From Clostridia bacterium (GTDB lineage: Bacteria; Bacillota; Clostridia; Oscillospirales; CAG-272): a stretch of 44,605 nt of DNA. The notes under the pieces are model-generated. The model had not been told where the DNA came from and did not search any database. It was given only the letters and a program-made list of their open reading frames with translations. This document shows, piece by piece, positions 42,079 through 44,605 of this stretch. The stretch spans positions 1 to 44,605 of the forward strand of contig JAFUPK010000066.1 in NCBI GenBank assembly GCA_017481265.1. Direction: 5' to 3'. A program made the translations under genes and the position numbers. The first letter of the stretch is position 1. Each line of letters begins with the position of its first letter.

Positions 42079-44175
42079 TTATCTTACTCCGAGCATAAGG
42101 TCGCCGTAGGTGGGATAGCACCAGTATTCACGTCCGACGATCTTTTCGATCTCGTCGGCGGCAATTCTTGCGCGGCGCATTGCAGGGAGTATCTTGTCGC
42201 GGCAGAAGAGCGCGCCTTCCTCGCTTGACTTTATCTTTGCCACCTCGGAAACGTGTCCCGAAAGGATGATACCTACCTCATAAAGCTCGTCGGTCAGGTC
42301 GGAAAGGCTGTAGAGAAGCTTTTCCTCCATGCAGATGGAAAGGCGTGATGAGATAGCCTTTTTTGCGGCGGCACCGTCGGAGAGCACCTTTGAATACTTC
42401 ACAGCCGCAGGAAGAATGTCGTGGTTTATCATATCCGTCATAGTCGCGGCTTCGATCTGCAGTATCTTGACGTAATTCTCAAGAAGGATCTCACAGCGGC
42501 TTGCCAATTCCTTTGCGGAAAGGACTCTCATACGCTCAAGCATGGCGATGTTCTTTTCGTCCTTCAGGCGCGGGATGGCATCGGCGCAGGTGCGGAGATT
42601 TGCAAGTCCGCGGCGCTCTGCCTCCTCCTCCCAGGCTCCCGTGTAGCCGTCTCCGTTGAAGATGATGCGGGAGTGCTCCTTTACCGTGCGGCGGAGAAGC
42701 TCGCGGAGAGCTGTGTCAAAGTCCTCGGCACCCTCAAGCTCGTCGGCAAAATGCGCAAGCTCATCGGCGACGGCGGCGTTTAAGAATATGTTGGGCTCGG
42801 CAACGGAACAGCTTGAACCGGGCATACGGAACTCAAACTTGTTGCCTGTAAATGCGAAGGGAGATGTACGGTTGCGGTCGGTGTTGTCTTTGGGTATCTT
42901 CGGGAGCACGTGAACGCCCACACCCATTACCACATCCTCGGAGGCGTGGAATCTCTCGCCGTTCTCAATGGCGTGCAGGAGGGCGCTGAGCTCATCTCCG
43001 AGGAAGATGGAGATGATAGCTGGCGGTGCTTCAGCGGCGCCGAGACGGTGATCGTTGCCTGCAGTGGCAACAGATGCGCGGAGAAGCTCCTGATAATCGT
43101 CCACAGCCGCAATTACGGCGCAGAGGAATACGAGGAACTGCATATTTTCGTTAGGATCGTCGCCCGGATTCAGAAGATTCTTTCCTTCCGAGGTTGAGAT
43201 GGACCAGTTGTCATGCTTGCCCGATCCGTTTACGCCGTCGAAGGGCTTTTCGTGGAGCAGGCACACAAGTCCGTGTCGTCCCGCGACTTTCTTCATGGTC
43301 TCCATGGTGAGCTGGTTCTGGTCGCAGGCAAGGTTAGCCTCGCTGTAAACGGAGGCAAGCTCGTGCTGTGCGGGAGCCGCCTCGTTGTGCTCGGTCTTTG
43401 CGAAGATGCCGAGCTGCCAGAGCTCGCGGTTGAGGTCCTCCATAAACGCCTTGACTCTCGGCTTGATAGCGCCGAAGTAGTGGTCGTCAAGCTGCTGGCT
43501 TTTCGGAGCTGTAGCACCAAAGAGAGTGCGGCCCGTATAGATGAGGTCGCGTCTCTTGTCGAAGTCCTCGCTTCTTATGAGGAAGTATTCCTGCTCTGCG
43601 CCCACGGTGGTGACCACGCGCTTTGTTTCCGTGTCTCCGAAGAGGCGGAGGATGCGCATTGCCTGCCTGTTCAGCGCTTCCATAGAACGGAGCAGGGGAG
43701 TCTTTTTATCGAGAGACTCGCCGCCATAGGAGCAGAACGCGGTGGGGATACAGAGAGTGTTATCTTTAACGAATGCGTAGGAGGTGGGGTCCCAGGCGGT
43801 GTAGCCTCTTGCCTCAAAGGTAGCGCGGAGACCGCCGGAGGGAAAGCTTGACGCATCGGACTCGCCGCGGACGAGCTCACGGCCCGAAAATTCCGTAATA
43901 GCCGTGCCGTCCTTGGCAGGGTTTAAGAATGAGTCGTGTTTTTCTGCGGTGATGCCTGTCATAGGCTGGAACCAGTGGGTATAGTGAGTAGCGCCCTTCT
44001 CCATAGCCCATGTCTTCATGGCATCGGCAACTGCAGTTGCCACGGAAATATCAAGACGGCGGCCATCTGCGATGGTGCGCTTCATAGCGGCATAGGTCTC
44101 GGAGGGAAGGCGGCTGCGCATTACCTCATCGCTGAACACCATATTGCCGAATATATCAAGTATCTGATTGGACAT
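42079..44175 (-). CDS. glnN: Glutamine synthetase type III
   Basis: About 700 aa. The N-terminus MSNQILDIFGNMVFSDEVMRSRLP...THYTHWFQPMTG is characteristic of GSIII. Confidence 0.93.
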   Translation of the reverse strand: MSNQILDIFGNMVFSDEVMRSRLPSETYAAMKRTIADGRRLDISVATAVADAMKTWAMEKGATHYTHWFQPMTGITAEKHDSFLNPAKDGTAITEFSGRELVRGESDASSFPSGGLRATFEARGYTAWDPTSYAFVKDNTLCIPTAFCSYGGESLDKKTPLLRSMEALNRQAMRILRLFGDTETKRVVTTVGAEQEYFLIRSEDFDKRRDLIYTGRTLFGATAPKSQQLDDHYFGAIKPRVKAFMEDLNRELWQLGIFAKTEHNEAAPAQHELASVYSEANLACDQNQLTMETMKKVAGRHGLVCLLHEKPFDGVNGSGKHDNWSISTSEGKNLLNPGDDPNENMQFLVFLCAVIAAVDDYQELLRASVATAGNDHRLGAAEAPPAIISIFLGDELSALLHAIENGERFHASEDVVMGVGVHVLPKIPKDNTDRNRTSPFAFTGNKFEFRMPGSSCSVAEPNIFLNAAVADELAHFADELEGAEDFDTALRELLRRTVKEHSRIIFNGDGYTGAWEEEAERRGLANLRTCADAIPRLKDEKNIAMLERMRVLSAKELASRCEILLENYVKILQIEAATMTDMINHDILPAAVKYSKVLSDGAAAKKAISSRLSICMEEKLLYSLSDLTDELYEVGIILSGHVSEVAKIKSSEEGALFCRDKILPAMRRARIAADEIEKIVGREYWCYPTYGDLMLGVR

Positions 44176-44216
44176 AACAGGTACCTCCGTATGTCATATG
44201 AAAAATCACAACCTAT

Positions 44217-44245
44217 ATTATATACCTACGAGCTTCTTTTGTCAA
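44217..44245 (-). promoter_or_regulatory. glnN promoter
   Basis: Minus strand TTGACA (44245-44240), 17-nt spacer, TATAAT (44222-44217). Confidence 0.6.
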
Positions 44246-44485
44246 ATAAAAAAACACATAAAATCAAAAAAAGCGTATGCTTTTATATGCTTATATGATT
44301 GTGAACGCAGAGAGCATTCGGTTTTTTTGCGGTATGAGTCAATGATACCGACTTCGGGAAGGGATGGAATAGTCAGTAAGGAAACGAAAAGAGAAAAGGA
44401 GCGTTCAAAGAACACTCCCCAGACCGCTGACAAAGTAATTAATTTGAAATACAGTTGGCAAATCAAACAAAAAGGCAAAATAACA

Positions 44486-44605
44486 AAGCCTCCCTCCGAG
44501 AGGGAGGGGGACCACGTAAGTGGTGGAAGGAGCCTGCGCAACTAAAAGCTTAGTTTATTTTACTGCTTACGCACTCTCCTTCACCCGCTTCGCGGGAGCT
44601 CCCTC
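44486..44605 (-). repeat. Intergenic repeat family A, copy 2 (inverted, truncated by the window edge)
   Basis: See copy 1. Confidence 0.8.

Noticed and set aside
44420-44435. CAGACCGCTGACAAAG resembles the start of family B (GGCCGCTGACAAAGG).
   Set aside because: Only about 13 nt match and similarity stops immediately, which is too short to call a third B copy.
1-44605. The inverted family-A copies at both window edges might be the ends of a large composite transposon or an invertible segment.
   Set aside because: The interior is core housekeeping (recA, truB, rpmF, glnN, tRNAs), there is no transposase or recombinase, and the window boundaries are arbitrary. The repeats are better explained as dispersed intergenic elements.

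Overview
This 44.6-kb window looks like a chromosomal segment of a Gram-positive anaerobe, probably Clostridia-like. That is an inference from four SLH cell-wall-anchor proteins, ECF S-components, Cheo-type LexA boxes, a type III glutamine synthetase and a glycyl radical enzyme. Most of it is housekeeping: yceD-rpmF, dinB, recA, rbfA-nrnA-truB, a YhaO/YhaN-like nuclease/ATPase pair, an orphan peptide-binding lipoprotein, DUF4364 plus a sigma factor, thiT behind a TPP riboswitch, luxS-mtnN, wecB, an NhaC antiporter, glnN, tRNA-Ser(GCT) and tRNA-Leu(UAG). I recognised no integrase, transposase, CRISPR array or known defence gene.

The features that ordinary annotation does not explain are:
- An ORF-free unit of about 470 nt (32679-33188) with a consensus promoter, an operator-like palindrome and two tandem terminators.
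- Next to it, an orphan glycyl radical enzyme (33291-35465) with a C-N-Q thiyl loop and no adjacent activase.
- Three families of hairpin-rich intergenic repeats (A, B, C) whose stems are preserved by compensatory substitutions.
- Three cases where the 3' end of a gene is duplicated around a small insert: tRNA-Ser, tRNA-Leu, and an SLH gene where all three mismatches are synonymous.
- A cluster of a 10-nt motif upstream of two tandem SLH-DUF4838 paralogues that share a nearly identical promoter box.
- An unclassified terminator-containing leader upstream of an ECF S-component.
- An E2-acyltransferase-like protein with DER in place of the catalytic DHR motif.

All calls rest on reading the sequence and on recalled family motifs. 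No database search was run. Start codons were chosen from RBS context.
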